DNA of 64,000 bases from Psilocybe cubensis. Taxonomy: Eukaryota. Within the stretch, counting starts at the first letter, position 1, and each line of letters begins with the position of its first letter. A program made the translations under genes and the position numbers. The stretch spans positions 744,001 to 808,000 of the forward strand of contig CM039008.1 in the NCBI GenBank assembly GCA_017499595.2. Direction: 5' to 3'. Positions 1 to 12,049 of the stretch are shown here, in pieces. The notes below the pieces were generated by a model. It did not search any database. It saw nothing but the letters and a program-made list of their open reading frames with translations, and had not been told where the DNA came from.

Positions 1-727
1 GCGTAATAATTACATCCGTTTTGGCGATTTACAGGTATAATTTAGGTGTACTGGCAAGACACTCGGAAGACCTATTTTTCATGCCATTTGAAGGATAATA
101 CTGCCATGGAAGTAGGCTGGAGGAAAAATCATCAGCGTTAACAATGTCATGCGCATTTTAACGAGGCAAATCACTGAAAACTGGGGGCAGTGTCCTCTTG
201 GTGTGATCCTCGAAATGTTGGAAAAAGTTCCATGACTCCGAATCTATGGGTAGGGTAGTTCTATCAGTTCAACCATGTTTTTAGAAAGATCTACGCGTCA
301 ACAGCGAAAAACCCATAAAACCTGGGACTTTGAATGGCCTTTGGCTAGCCATCATTATGGAGCTAACAGTACTTTGCAACCAGCTGCAGTAATGGAACAA
401 GCCTTACAAAATACAATACCGAGACTGTATTGATACTACCCCATGTATTCACAAATCAAGTGAGATGCGTCGATATCTCTAAGAGTCATCTGATGGCCAG
501 TGGTATCCAGCTGTCACAAACGCATTGTTGGTTGGATGGAGGTTGGCGTTGAGCCATGTTTGATACCAGATAACCATGATCCCGGTGAGTTGATCGTTCA
601 GACCCAAGTTAAGGCGCACTATTATTGGAATAAGGTAACATAAATAGAGCCCTGTGATCACTAGAGGGTGCTAGGGAGCTACCCTAATTTTAGCATTCGA
701 ACCTTGTTCAGAGCAGGTCCGCCGTGC

Positions 728-2072
728 TCAGATACGAACTAGCCATCCCATGTATAGGATCTGCATAAGGGCCTCTAGGAGGAGGAAAATGATCCGTCTC
801 CGACGCTGTGCCTGCGTGACTGTTGCGGTGGCATGAGTGGCGGGAACACTGGCGGGATCGGGGAGAATGACAGCTCGCAATGAACGCAGCTAGGCAAAAC
901 GATCAACGTCGAAAAACGAAAAAAGAAAGGGAAAAAAGCGATTACCAAGAAGAACGCATAGCCTGCAAACGCGTACAAAAATACCATGGTCCATAGCGGG
1001 CCCTTAACGCCGAGAAATCCAGCAGCGAGGGTAAAAATCACACTGATAGTAGTACGCGTCAATTACTCATCAGTTGCGAGATGCCCAACACTCACCCAAC
1101 AAATTTATAGCCACCATAAGCAATCAGATCCATCACTTGCGATGATCCTTGGATATTGAGGATGTAGCAACCTAATCTAACAAAGCAAAAGTCCAAAAGG
1201 AGGACGGCAGTCGAACGCGACGCGGATTCTCCGAGAACCTAATGCCAGATGAGTTTTATAAAATTGTCAAAATTATAGCTATACAAACCAGAGGCGAAAA
1301 CTTCGAGTTAATTCCTGAGTTCAGTGTCGTCAAGAGGATGTAGGTGAACACAGCCATGACTATCGATTGTGATAGAATTAGAAAGAGATTTCGCCTCCGT
1401 TCGGCGAGAACAACTCACCAGGAATGTACAAATCTGGACTGTTGATATCATTTCTGGGTGGGAGCCACTCTCCTTGGGCGCGCGGACGACGAAAATACGT
1501 TTTGTGCATCCAGGGAAACAGCAACAAACGAAGCTTTTTGATGACATACGAGTTCGAAACATTGAAGTAATGTTTGATGTGGTAAGAGGGAATGATTGTC
1601 CCGAACTACGACGCGTTTATATGAAGAAATAGGATTCCATGTTAAACACACGCACATTTCGTTGCACATATTCTTGACCAGCCGCAACAGCGCTTTGTCC
1701 CAATTGCATTCCCAGCTGAGCTGTTGCCCCATCAAATCCCCAAGCTGCATAATCAGGCCCTGACATATGTGCGTTCTGCTGAGGTGGTAGAGGATGCTGT
1801 TGCTGAGTTTGAGGTTGCATATGGTGCATATTCATTCCAGTCTGGTATTGAGGGGGTATGGGTGGTTGCGAATGCTGAAAAGGGGACGTGTAGGCGGGTA
1901 CATGACTTGGGTATGACTGCTGCTGCTGCGGTTGACCGGGCCCAGGAGAAGAAGAGAAACGTTGGTAACCCTGCGGTGACGCTGGCGTTGAAGGTGGCTC
2001 AGGAATATACGCCGGGTGAGTTGGTACAGGGTGTCGTAGAGGAGGCGGGGAATGCGAATTGAATTGGGACAT
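728..2072 (-). CDS. YIF1: YIF1/Hrf1 family ER-Golgi transport membrane protein (multi-exon)
   Basis: Minus-strand exons give a P/Q-rich N-terminus (MSQFNSHSPPP...), GATAQLGMQLG, HFNVSNSYVIKKLRLLLFPW and the hallmark PPRNDINSPDLYIP. C-terminus ...RRRRIIFLLLEALMQILYMGWLVRI* with TGA at 728-730. Confidence 0.93.
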
Positions 2073-2659
2073 TATCAGCTCTAGAAGATCTCTAGAAGAT
2101 GTTGGGCGTCGTGGATTTGAAAAAAAGGCCTTACAGGCGCTGTGCACTCTCAACGTGGAACCGATGCACCGTCATCAACCCAAAATGTTCGGCTTCACGG
2201 CATGCTCGGTGTTTCCCACCCCTGACCAGATTGGCCTGGCAATGGATCATCAAGCTTAAGACGAACCTGGTCGCTGGTGTGGCGTCCTGGTCTCACTACA
2301 GGGAATATCTATACAATTACATTTGTTCCATAAATTTGCACACACGAGTTCATCGATAATTTGTTCTGCGCACGCACCGCGTCTCTATCCCTCAATCCCG
2401 ACCAACTTATCGTCATGTCATCTATGGAACAGGCGAGTAGGACTGATAATCAAACAGCTGCAGGAGCAACCAACCTAGAAGTGCTCAACTGCGTTCCCAA
2501 TTATTCTGAAGGTTCAATAAAAGGCCGAATTTGATAATTTACACACACACATCAATTGCTGGGTTTATAAAGGTCGGAGTTCTTCTTCCCTATTACCTCG
2601 ATACCTCAGTAGGGGTGCATTAGGGCTATTATATACTCCAGTGCAGCCCTAAACCCAGA

Positions 2660-3973
2660 ATGTCTTCCAATGGAACCGATTCCCAGCTTCCGAACCCATT
2701 TACACCAATGTCGTTCTTTCCGCCTTCCTTGGCCTTTTCAATAACTGTTTCCGCCTACGTCATGGTTGGAACTTTATCTGTAAGCCTACACTGAAAAATA
2801 TTGAGATTCCTACAATTTATCTGCTTAGGTTATGATTTGGGATTTGCTGAATAGCATAGGGGATGATTACACTCTTCTATTTCAACGGAGAATCAACTTC
2901 CCAACCATTATATACTTCTTTTCACGGTGAGCATGTACGAGGCCTTTCAGCGGACTCACTGTGACTTAAAATAAAACCTCCAATAGGTTAATCACCTTGG
3001 GGTATCTCATATCTCAGGCACTCTTCCAGAGTAATTTTCTCACCACATGCAACCTATGAGAGTCTAACATGGGCTTGCCGTTAGCCTGGCCTTTGGGTAA
3101 TTGCCGCCAAATCTGGAAATATTTCTCAATCCTTCCCGCTATAGTTCTTTCGGCCAACTCTCTTCTCTTCTTCCTCAGACTGCGTGCAGTATATAGGGGA
3201 AACAAGATGGTCATTGCATTCTTTTTTCTGCTTTGGCTTTGCGTCTGTGGTGGGAATTCCCTTGTAATATTTGGAACATCCGGTGAAAATATTGGACCCA
3301 CGAACTATTGCATCAATGGAGGCATTAAGCGATACGTTTCGTATGGTGGCATTGGGCTTGTGGCGAACGACACGCTCGTTTTCTTCGCTATTTCGTGGCG
3401 TTTAATGGGGGTAACCAAAGGAAACGGAAAGAACTTCGGTGAAGTTTTGAAGACGATGATATTAGGCAAGGACTTGCCTGCATTCTCAAGAGCATTCCTT
3501 AAAGATGGACAGATATACTATCTGTGGGTAGATTCCTTCCATTATCATTCTCACATCGCTCATTTCCGTTGCATACTTTTTCCAGCATTACGATAGGCTT
3601 CGGTGTCCTGACCACAGCTGTCGTTTACATCGATACAATACCCCTCGTTTATCGCGGAATTTTCGGCAATCCAAACATCATGGTGATGAATGTACTCGCT
3701 TGTCGAGTATACAGGAAGACAAGGCTCGGGGTGTATCAAGGGGGTCCGAACACCGTCGCCAGCAATGCAGCTCACAACTTAAAATATATATCTGCTAACG
3801 ATAATAGCAGGGAATTCGGGCTCCCCGTCGTCCAACCCCCCAGTGAACGTCCCCGGTCTGAAATAAGCGAAGGTCGACGATCATTCTGGGTAGAGGACTC
3901 TTGGCAGGAGGAAAGACTTAGTCGGAGTCGAAGCATGAATCAAGGAGATACCATTCCATTGACAGTATTATAA
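2660..3973 (+). CDS. DUF6533-type multi-pass (about 7TM) membrane protein, multi-exon
   Basis: MSSNGTDSQLPNPFTPMSFF... then IWDLL..DDYTLL..FPTIIYFFSR, RLRAVY, NDTLVFFAISWRL, DGQIYYL and NVLACRVYR. Paralogous to the genes at 58.4, 60.4 and 63.7 kb. Confidence 0.8.
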
Positions 3974-5346
3974 CACACCACATTTAGTTGTAAAGTAGTA
4001 CATATAATTGAGAAAAGATATTGTAAAACCACGACGCCAGATTATCTGCTTCTATATAAATTGTGGCAGAGTGCGTAAGGTCACCCGACTGGGTTACAAG
4101 CCTTTCTCAGACCGACCTCCTTCAAGTCAACTTAAATCAAACTTTTTAAAGAGCCATACATAGGTCGGCTTGTACTCTGGTACCAGACATCCAGATATAG
4201 ACGCGAGCATATGTTTAGTAGGTTAATCAGAAGAGCTGGTTGAAACCAGGAAGCTTTGGCGCCCAAGTTGAGCGCCTAATTTACAAGAGATATTCTGATT
4301 TTTCTTGTATAATAGGAGAGCAAGTGGATTTTTTGAGATAATGTAATTCTTGTAGCAGATGATGAGAATTTCTCGGCGCTGGCTCGGGATTGAGTCGGAG
4401 CTTTACATTCAACGGTGAGATAAGACACTGGTTCCTGATCCACTTAGACTTGAGCAAATTATAAACCTGCCCCAACCGTGTAGGTTTTTCAAGAACCTGA
4501 TAACAAATCGATGTTTGTTACCCCTGACTTAACACATTCGTTGGTACATAAATGGACAACTACACTATCGTACTGTATGACAATGTTCAAAAGTTGATAA
4601 CTTCTCCCGAGATCAACTTCGGGAGAAGAGTTTTGTTTTTAGCTTGAGTATTTTGTGAGTACATGGTCTAGACTTAGAAGACCAATTCTGTGCACAAAAA
4701 AATCCCTAGCCAAGTCTTCGGTGTGCCTGTGCCAGTCAGGATCATTGAAATGGATTATCGCCTAATCATAGAGTACTCACAAAGTGTCTGACATGAAATG
4801 GACTGATGTTCATGACTAGTGACATTCAAGTTGCGAGCATATGCTAAATTTCTAACAATACGCGTGTACGGGTTGAGTGAGATAACATGACACGAGCTCA
4901 GAGTACTCAGATTTCCTATATAAACCATGCTTTCAAGGTTTGTACGCCTACCCTTCGTACTCGAGTTTAATATCTGTGATATGCTGGTATCCGCTGCATT
5001 TTTTCTAGGAATTCTACCACTTGGATTGGGCATTACGATCGCTGATCCATCTGAGCTCACTACCTTCTCATATGACTACATTATCGTTGGAGGTCCATAG
5101 TACCTTGTATTGTCATGATTAGAATTTATCTTACATCTTCTGCAATAGGTGGAACGGCTGGTCTTGTAGTTGCAAATCGTCTGACAGAGAACCCTAACAT
5201 CACTGTTGCAATTTTGGAAGCTGCGTGGGGTGTGTGGCTTTCCTTTCTTTTCACGATGTTAATTAAATGTATTTATTATTGAAGTACCGAAGGAGATACA
5301 GATATACAAGTACCCTTTCTGGGTCCAACTCTTACTCCAAGTATAA

Positions 5347-5508
<162 letters not shown>

Positions 5509-6503
5509 TAGAAAATTTACAAGTGCTCTTTGAGAAATCTTCCTAACTTGCTACAGATTATTTAATACATCAATTTGGTACGGATGAGGATTGGGATAGA
5601 TTTGCAAACTTGACTTCGGAGCCTTCTTGGTCTTGGGCAAACATGAAGCAGTATGTGCAAAAAGTGCGTGCGTTCTTGCCAACGCAGTGAATTTTCACTC
5701 TTTGTTTACAAATTTTGATACACAGTACAAGCAAATAGTTAAACCCCTTGACGGGCATAACATTACCGGGAAGTTCAATCCCTCCCTACATGGTTTCAGC
5801 GGAATGGTCCAGGCAAGTCTCCCTGAACTGAGTTTCCCCATAGACGGCCGTATTGCGGCTACTCTTGATCAACTATCATCAGAGTTCAAGTTCAACAATG
5901 ACACCGTAGGAGGGGATCAGAGTCCTCTTGGATTTGGTTTTATCCAATCTAGCTCCGGCTTCGGAATTCGCAGCAGCTCTCATAGTGTATATTACATCCC
6001 TTTTAGCACTCGACCAAACATGTTTCTGCTCACCTCAGCCACCGCTACCCAAATACTTCAAACTGGAATCACCTCTACAGGCCTTAATTCATTCCGCTCT
6101 GTGAATTTTATTCAATCATTCAAAAACGGTAAAATCTTGATATATCATCAATGAGATTCTATTAATACCATATCCAGTCACTCTGACTGCAAGGCGAGAA
6201 GTGATCCTGTCGGCAGGCGCTATCGGTACCCCGCAGCTCCTCCAGCTTTCCGGCATTGGAAACGGGCAAGATCTAAGAAAATTAAATATCCCGGTAATAA
6301 TCAACAATCCCAGTGTAGGAAGCAATCTGTACGACCGCACCCTTCTCCCCAACATCTTTGTTGTACAAGATCTGGTGGCAGATATGACTTTTGACAATAT
6401 ATTTCGAAGTTCTAGTACGGTCAACGCGTTATTTAATGAATGGCTAAGCAGAGAAGGGATTTTTGTTAACAACATAGCGAATAATCTTGGATTTGCCCGG
6501 ATG

Positions 6504-9500
6504 CACCTGTAGTCGCACCCTGAAGTCTTCATACCCTGGCAGTTGCCAGGTGTATGGGAAGTATCTACGCTGGCAACTGCCAGGTGCCACAATTGAAGTC
6601 TTCAGCTGAGCGATGGTCAATACGACCAAACAAATCCCAAACACGGTGAGCGGGGCCCCGCCAGGCGCGAAAAATGGCTTTGCTCGTTGTTCGGGCGGCC
6701 GTTTGGGGCAGGAAAAAATACGTCGGGGTCGGCTCGATGAGCAGACCGCATCGGCGTTGTTTGCGCGACGTTATGGACAGCGGGCGGGGTGGATGGGGCG
6801 GGGCGACGTTGGATGACGCTCGCATTATTTCTGGGTGATTTCCCGATTCGGGTAATAGATCATTGATGTACTGATGTAATCAAATTGATCATCACCATCA
6901 ATCCATCACGCCGCGGCCATCGATTCAGCCAGTGCATGCACCGTGCGCGCGCGCGCGTTGAAAATGCGCACTGCTCGTTGGCCTGTAGGTCTTTCGCGCA
7001 GACGCTTTGTTATGAGACATAATATTACTAATAGAGGGACGTCCTGCGACGCCGTATGCTCACCAAATCAAACAAATGAGATATCTAAAGGATTACAATG
7101 CATTATGCAACACATAGTATCTTTACATGTTTCTACATAGTTGATGGACATGGCACATATTTTGAGTGACTATGGATTAGAAAATATAGTAGTAAGATGA
7201 TCAATACATGAGTAATTCGGTAATACTCGTCAAATACAGTTCATGTAATGGCTTTTGATGAATGTTGCTACTGTTATATCCACTGGCACTTGTTGTGCCC
7301 TTCCTGTGCCACTCTGGATGCTATATTTGTTTGTATGTTGTTAAGAAAGTTTGACAATTATTGCTATATATGTAGATTCTTATGCACGACTGTAAAGGAT
7401 CGGAAAGCTTGCTCGAGAACACTTTCTTATCCATCGGCAAAAGTGACCAAGTCCCAAAATGCCTTTGCTGCCTTTTAAGGAAGGCCAATGATTCATGTGA
7501 CATAATTATGTCACACAAAACATTTGGGTAAAATTTGGAGGCACCCAAAACATTTAGAAGGCATTTGGAGGCTCCAAAAACATTTGTAGAGCCCAAAAGT
7601 TATTACTAAATATTTCACATACTTACACTTATTTCTCAATTATTGGTTTGCCATAGAATTTAGAGTGAATGATTGATCATAAATAAAAAGAAAAAGAAAA
7701 GCTTGAGTTCAACTTGACATGCACTCAAATGATTACCGGCCTTAGAGTGCGCAAAAATGATTTTTCAATGTAAAAATTTATTCACAGTATCATTGCACAA
7801 TGTCAATTTAAGGCAAAGTCCACCGTTTCTGTCTAGCCATCGACAAAGAGCCTCCCAGGTCTGATTACAAATTAAGTCGGAGATTGAATCAATGTTATGT
7901 GTATAATAACTCGAGACATGCCCCGAATTCCTTTCTTTCCTCACTCTCATGTCTCCTGGTTCTGACAACACAATCTTCTGGTGTCCCATGCACATGACAT
8001 AGGCCTGAAAGTTAAACTCACAAGGTAAATCAATTATCCCCAACTGCCAGTGCAACCCAACTGACAATTTCTTTTATGTCTTTGCTCCTCCTTCGACTTT
8101 GATACATCTTTCCATCAAGTATAGATTACAGTCTTACGGACATGCATGTTGAATTAATTGTGAGTATATGCGCATCAAATGCGCATACATTTTGCATTTT
8201 GCTTACCATGACTCACTGTGACACATCCAGATCCAGATCTCAAATCACACGAGTTATTGTGACCTGGTCACACGGAGTCTCCCAGGGTCTGGTTGACCAT
8301 TATCGTCATCTGTACTCGTTTCTATGTACCCTCCATTGTAGTCAATCAAATTTTATTGTGTTAGTATTTCCAAAGTGTGTGATTATTGGGAAATGGCTGC
8401 TATAAATAAGAATAAACAAGCTGTAGCATTGTGTGAACCTCAAATCTTTTTTGGGTCTCTCAAATGCAACTCAAATGTTGTCCAAATGTTTTTGGGTCTC
8501 CCAAATTTTACCGAAATGATTTCATTAAATTTAGATTTTGATAAAACATTCATTCTAGTGAAGGATTTGTAGCCTTTCAAAATTGCGAGTCTCTACTTAG
8601 TCGATATAAAAGGCCATTTGCGCCTTGGGGCCTTTGGGCGTCCCCAAATGCCTTACTAAGGCATTTGGGGACTTGGTCACTTTTGCCGATGTCTCAATAT
8701 CTAAAAATAGCCACATTTCCGGACGCTCTTTCCACGTCAATTCCAACAGTAAATATTCAATTGGGAAACATCTTCATGTTGAAGTTGCAAATAAAATTAT
8801 TGCTAAAATAATGTATAATCATTCTATATCCAAATATACTGTGAAAAAAAAATGGATGCCTCAAAAGGTGTGCTTCAAGCTCGGAAGGTCGACCTCAGAA
8901 ACTACTAAATCCATAAATTCATCCAACAAGATCACCTTGTAGGAAATTACAACACACGGTATAAAGTGTATATATTTCAATTCATTGTTAAACCAGCTAC
9001 ATGTTGGTATCTTTTTTTTGATGTAATCTTCAGAATTGCGTTCAGAATTGCAAAATTACACAGAAAATTTTGAATCCGAGATCACCAAATTAGATTCCGG
9101 CACTGTATACGTGCTAAATATTGAGTGAGACAGCAAATATAACACTGTTTTTGTCTATACTTCCAAAAGATGAATACTCTGTAGAATATGTTGGTTACTC
9201 ATATGCCCTTTTATTTGATCTCGAGTTCATCAGAATGTGAAAATAATCAGTGACCCCTTCTTTTTTGCATCATTGATACTGGCAAAGTAGCAGCAATCCC
9301 ATTTTACATTAAATATTCTTACTATATATTGCTATATATGATCACATAAACAAGATACAGGCCTCTAGTGACATTAGTAGCCTATAGGTTGAGCTAAATA
9401 AGTTGTCTACTCTGTGCTTCTGCCAGTCAAGGTATCATACCACTGTTTTCCCGAGCCTACTCAAGGTAATTACCACAGCAGACTGACTGAACACTACAAA

Positions 9501-10060
9501 TGTGGGTCAATATTACCACTCACCACTGTCGCATGCCTGTATAGGTAACTTCTATGCTTTATCTGCGCTGCAAGAGCGTCGGGATAACGAGCAGTGCGCG
9601 TTTTCAACGCGCGCGTGCGCACAGTGCATGCGCTGGCTGAATCGATGGCCGCGGCGTGATGGGATTGATGGTGATGATCAATTGATCACATCAATACATC
9701 AATGATCTGCAACCCGAATCGGGAAATCACCCAGAAATAATGCGGGCGTCATCCAACGTCGCCCCGCCCCATCCACCCCGCCCGCTGTCCATAATGTCGC
9801 GCAAACAATGCCGACGTGGTCTGCTCATCGAACCGACCCCGACGCATTTTTTCCCGCCCCAAACGGCCGCCCGAACAACGAGCTACGCCATTTTTCGCGC
9901 CCGGCGGGGCCCCGCTCACCGTGTTTGGGATTTGTTTGGTTGTATTGACCATCGCCCAGCTGAAGACTTCAAATGTGGCACCTGGCAGTTGCCAGCGTAG
10001 ATACTTCCCATACACCTGGCAACTGCCAGGTATGAAGGCTTCAACTAGCAGCTAAGGCTG
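6504..10060. mobile_element. Non-autonomous DNA transposon with about 475-bp TIRs and 7-bp TSD (CCGGATG)
   Basis: 6504-6979 is an inverted near-copy of 9586-10060. CCGGATG is duplicated at 6497-6503 and 10061-10067. Removing the element plus one TSD restores the GMC frame (F-A-R-M-D-L-D-G-F-E-D-P). Confidence 0.93.
7432..8691. mobile_element. Nested non-autonomous TIR element (CATC...GATG termini, 2-bp TSD TC), possibly CMC/EnSpm-like
   Basis: 34-bp TIR CATCGGCAAAAGTGACCAAGTCCC(A/C)AAATGCCTT with one mismatch, TC on both flanks, and subterminal CCAAA(A)CATTT-like repeats at both ends. Confidence 0.85.
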
Positions 10061-11433
10061 CCGGATGGATTTGGATGGGTTTGAAGATCCAGCTCCTGGC
10101 CCCAAATCGCCTCATTATGAAATGATTTTTGCTGTGAGTGAATGTTTTAGTAGAGCTATACAAGATACTTACGTATTTCATTGACTTAAAACATAATAGA
10201 ATCTATTTTTTCAGCAACCTGGACCATTCAGGCCTGATACGGGAGGCTTTTTGACTGTTGGTACTATGCTGACAAGTCCAGTATCCAGTGGGTATCTCGC
10301 GCATGATATGTTTTCAATTTGGTGATACCCTCCAACCGGGACGGTTAAGCTTGCCTCTAACAATCCGTTTGATCCTCCGATCATCGATCCAAAATATCTC
10401 ACCGAGGCATTCGACATTGTGGCAATAAGAGAATCAGTCAAAGCCGTTTTGCGCTTTACTTCTGCGCCCGCTTGGAGTGATTGGATTGCCGGGCGCTTTG
10501 GTGATGCTTTTCAAAACGCCACGGACGACGCGTCAATTGACGCCTACGTCCGAAGTCTCACAATATCTGACATGAACCCCGTTGGCACAGTGGCGATGTC
10601 CATGGCTGATGATCCGTCCGGTGTAGTTGACCCTCAGTTGTTGGTGAAAGGTGCCGATGGACTTCGTATCATTGATGCTTCTGTTTTTGTGAGTAGTCAG
10701 ACTGCGTTGCCCGTATTCTATGCCTTTGATATCGGACGGCTTTTAGCCCAGAAATCCCAGTACACACTCACAAGGGCTCGTGTACTTGCTTGCAGAAAGA
10801 GCTGCAGACGTGATCAAAGCGGCTCAGTCCTCCTCTGTGCCCCCGACAACATCTACGTCAATAAGACCTACAACGACAGCCGCAAATCTATCGACAGGTT
10901 CATCGCCTACGACCATTACTACATCATCAAGGTCTACAACAATACCAACAGGTTCTTTTCCTCCGACGACTACAACGACATTGAGGCCCACAACAACGTC
11001 GACAGGTTCCTTTCCTCCAACTTCGACTTCGTCGATTCCAATATCAAGGGCGAATTCTTTCCCATTTCCCACGTGGTGGTTCGGTTTCTTGGCCCTCTCA
11101 GTGTGGTAGGACTTGAAGTCATTCTTTATCTCTAAATACTAACGGCATATTACAATTGTTTGGATCGCTCACTACAGGCTAAACACACAGTAATTCTGTC
11201 TTTTTAACTTCCTTTTGTCAATTTTTCAATTGATCCTTGATGGGACTACACTTGTTAGACCTGAGGAATGGCGAATCATACAGAAAGTTAATGAAAAATA
11301 TGTTTATAACTTTTTCACTCAATACCAGATTAACATCTGTGCTACTCCTCCTGATTCTGGATTGACAGTCATCTGATGGTGTTTTACTCAACACTCTGTT
11401 TGGGCCCATCACTCAGTTTTGAGCACCCTCCCC

Positions 11434-11995
11434 GACGCGACCCCTAAAAGTCAACTCCGTAAGTGAGTCACGTTACCGCGTTTGCAGTAGTTCTCACACT
11501 CCGCTCAATGGCTCAACTCCGCTTCAAACTACTTGATGTGGGTCTAAGACTCCTGAGCTCAACTTTATTCACCCGACATCCCCTTCATTTTTCCCATTCG
11601 CACAACCCAGTCGTATACACGACATGCAAGATTTTACCAATTCAAGTGACCGCAGTGGATTGAAGACTGGCCAAAGACCGGCAGTCGGCAGGCAGTCGGA
11701 ATGTTCATTGTCCACCCTCATCACATGATCATGGTAAAATAACGGAAAGGAAAATTGGGGTCTTTACACTGTATTCTACCTTTACTACCTCGACAACGAA
11801 ACGAAACAAGTAAAGCCCCTACTGATTCGAATATATGAAATGCTAACCATATTATGTTTGTGGAACAGAACAATAAGAAGTTGATTGCAGCGACTCCGGT
11901 TCTGATTCTGTGCATATCATGGCTCCGGTATCACGGATCAGCAGTGAACAGCAATTCAACAGCGCCTCAACACAACGCACGGTTACCTAGAGGTG
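11434..11995 (+). repeat. Degenerate non-coding repeat, copy A (inverted relative to copy B at 28355-29034)
   Basis: Shared collinear blocks GACGCGACCCCTAA, TGAGTCACGTTACCGYGTT, ACTCCGCT..CAACTCCGCTTC, GACTCCT..CTCAAC and GCAGTCGGAATG. Similarity is clear for the first ~280 bp and weak beyond. Confidence 0.7.
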
Positions 11996-12049
11996 ATGGG
12001 GACTTCTATTAAAACCTGTTACTTTTGTTACAACTTGAATAATAGAACC

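Noticed and set aside
1..660. Possible 3' exons of a plus-strand gene at the window start
   Set aside because: Splice-like signals are present, but no consistent frame or recognisable protein could be assembled.
4601..4628. Perfect 10-bp hairpin CTTCTCCCGA-N8-TCGGGAGAAG upstream of the GMC gene
   Set aside because: No nearby CTRR Helitron end and no second copy; may be chance or a single transcription factor site.
6565..6825. Near-identical ORFs MRASSNVAPPH... here and at 9740-10000
   Set aside because: They are by-products of the GC-rich TIR arms and show no protein-family features.
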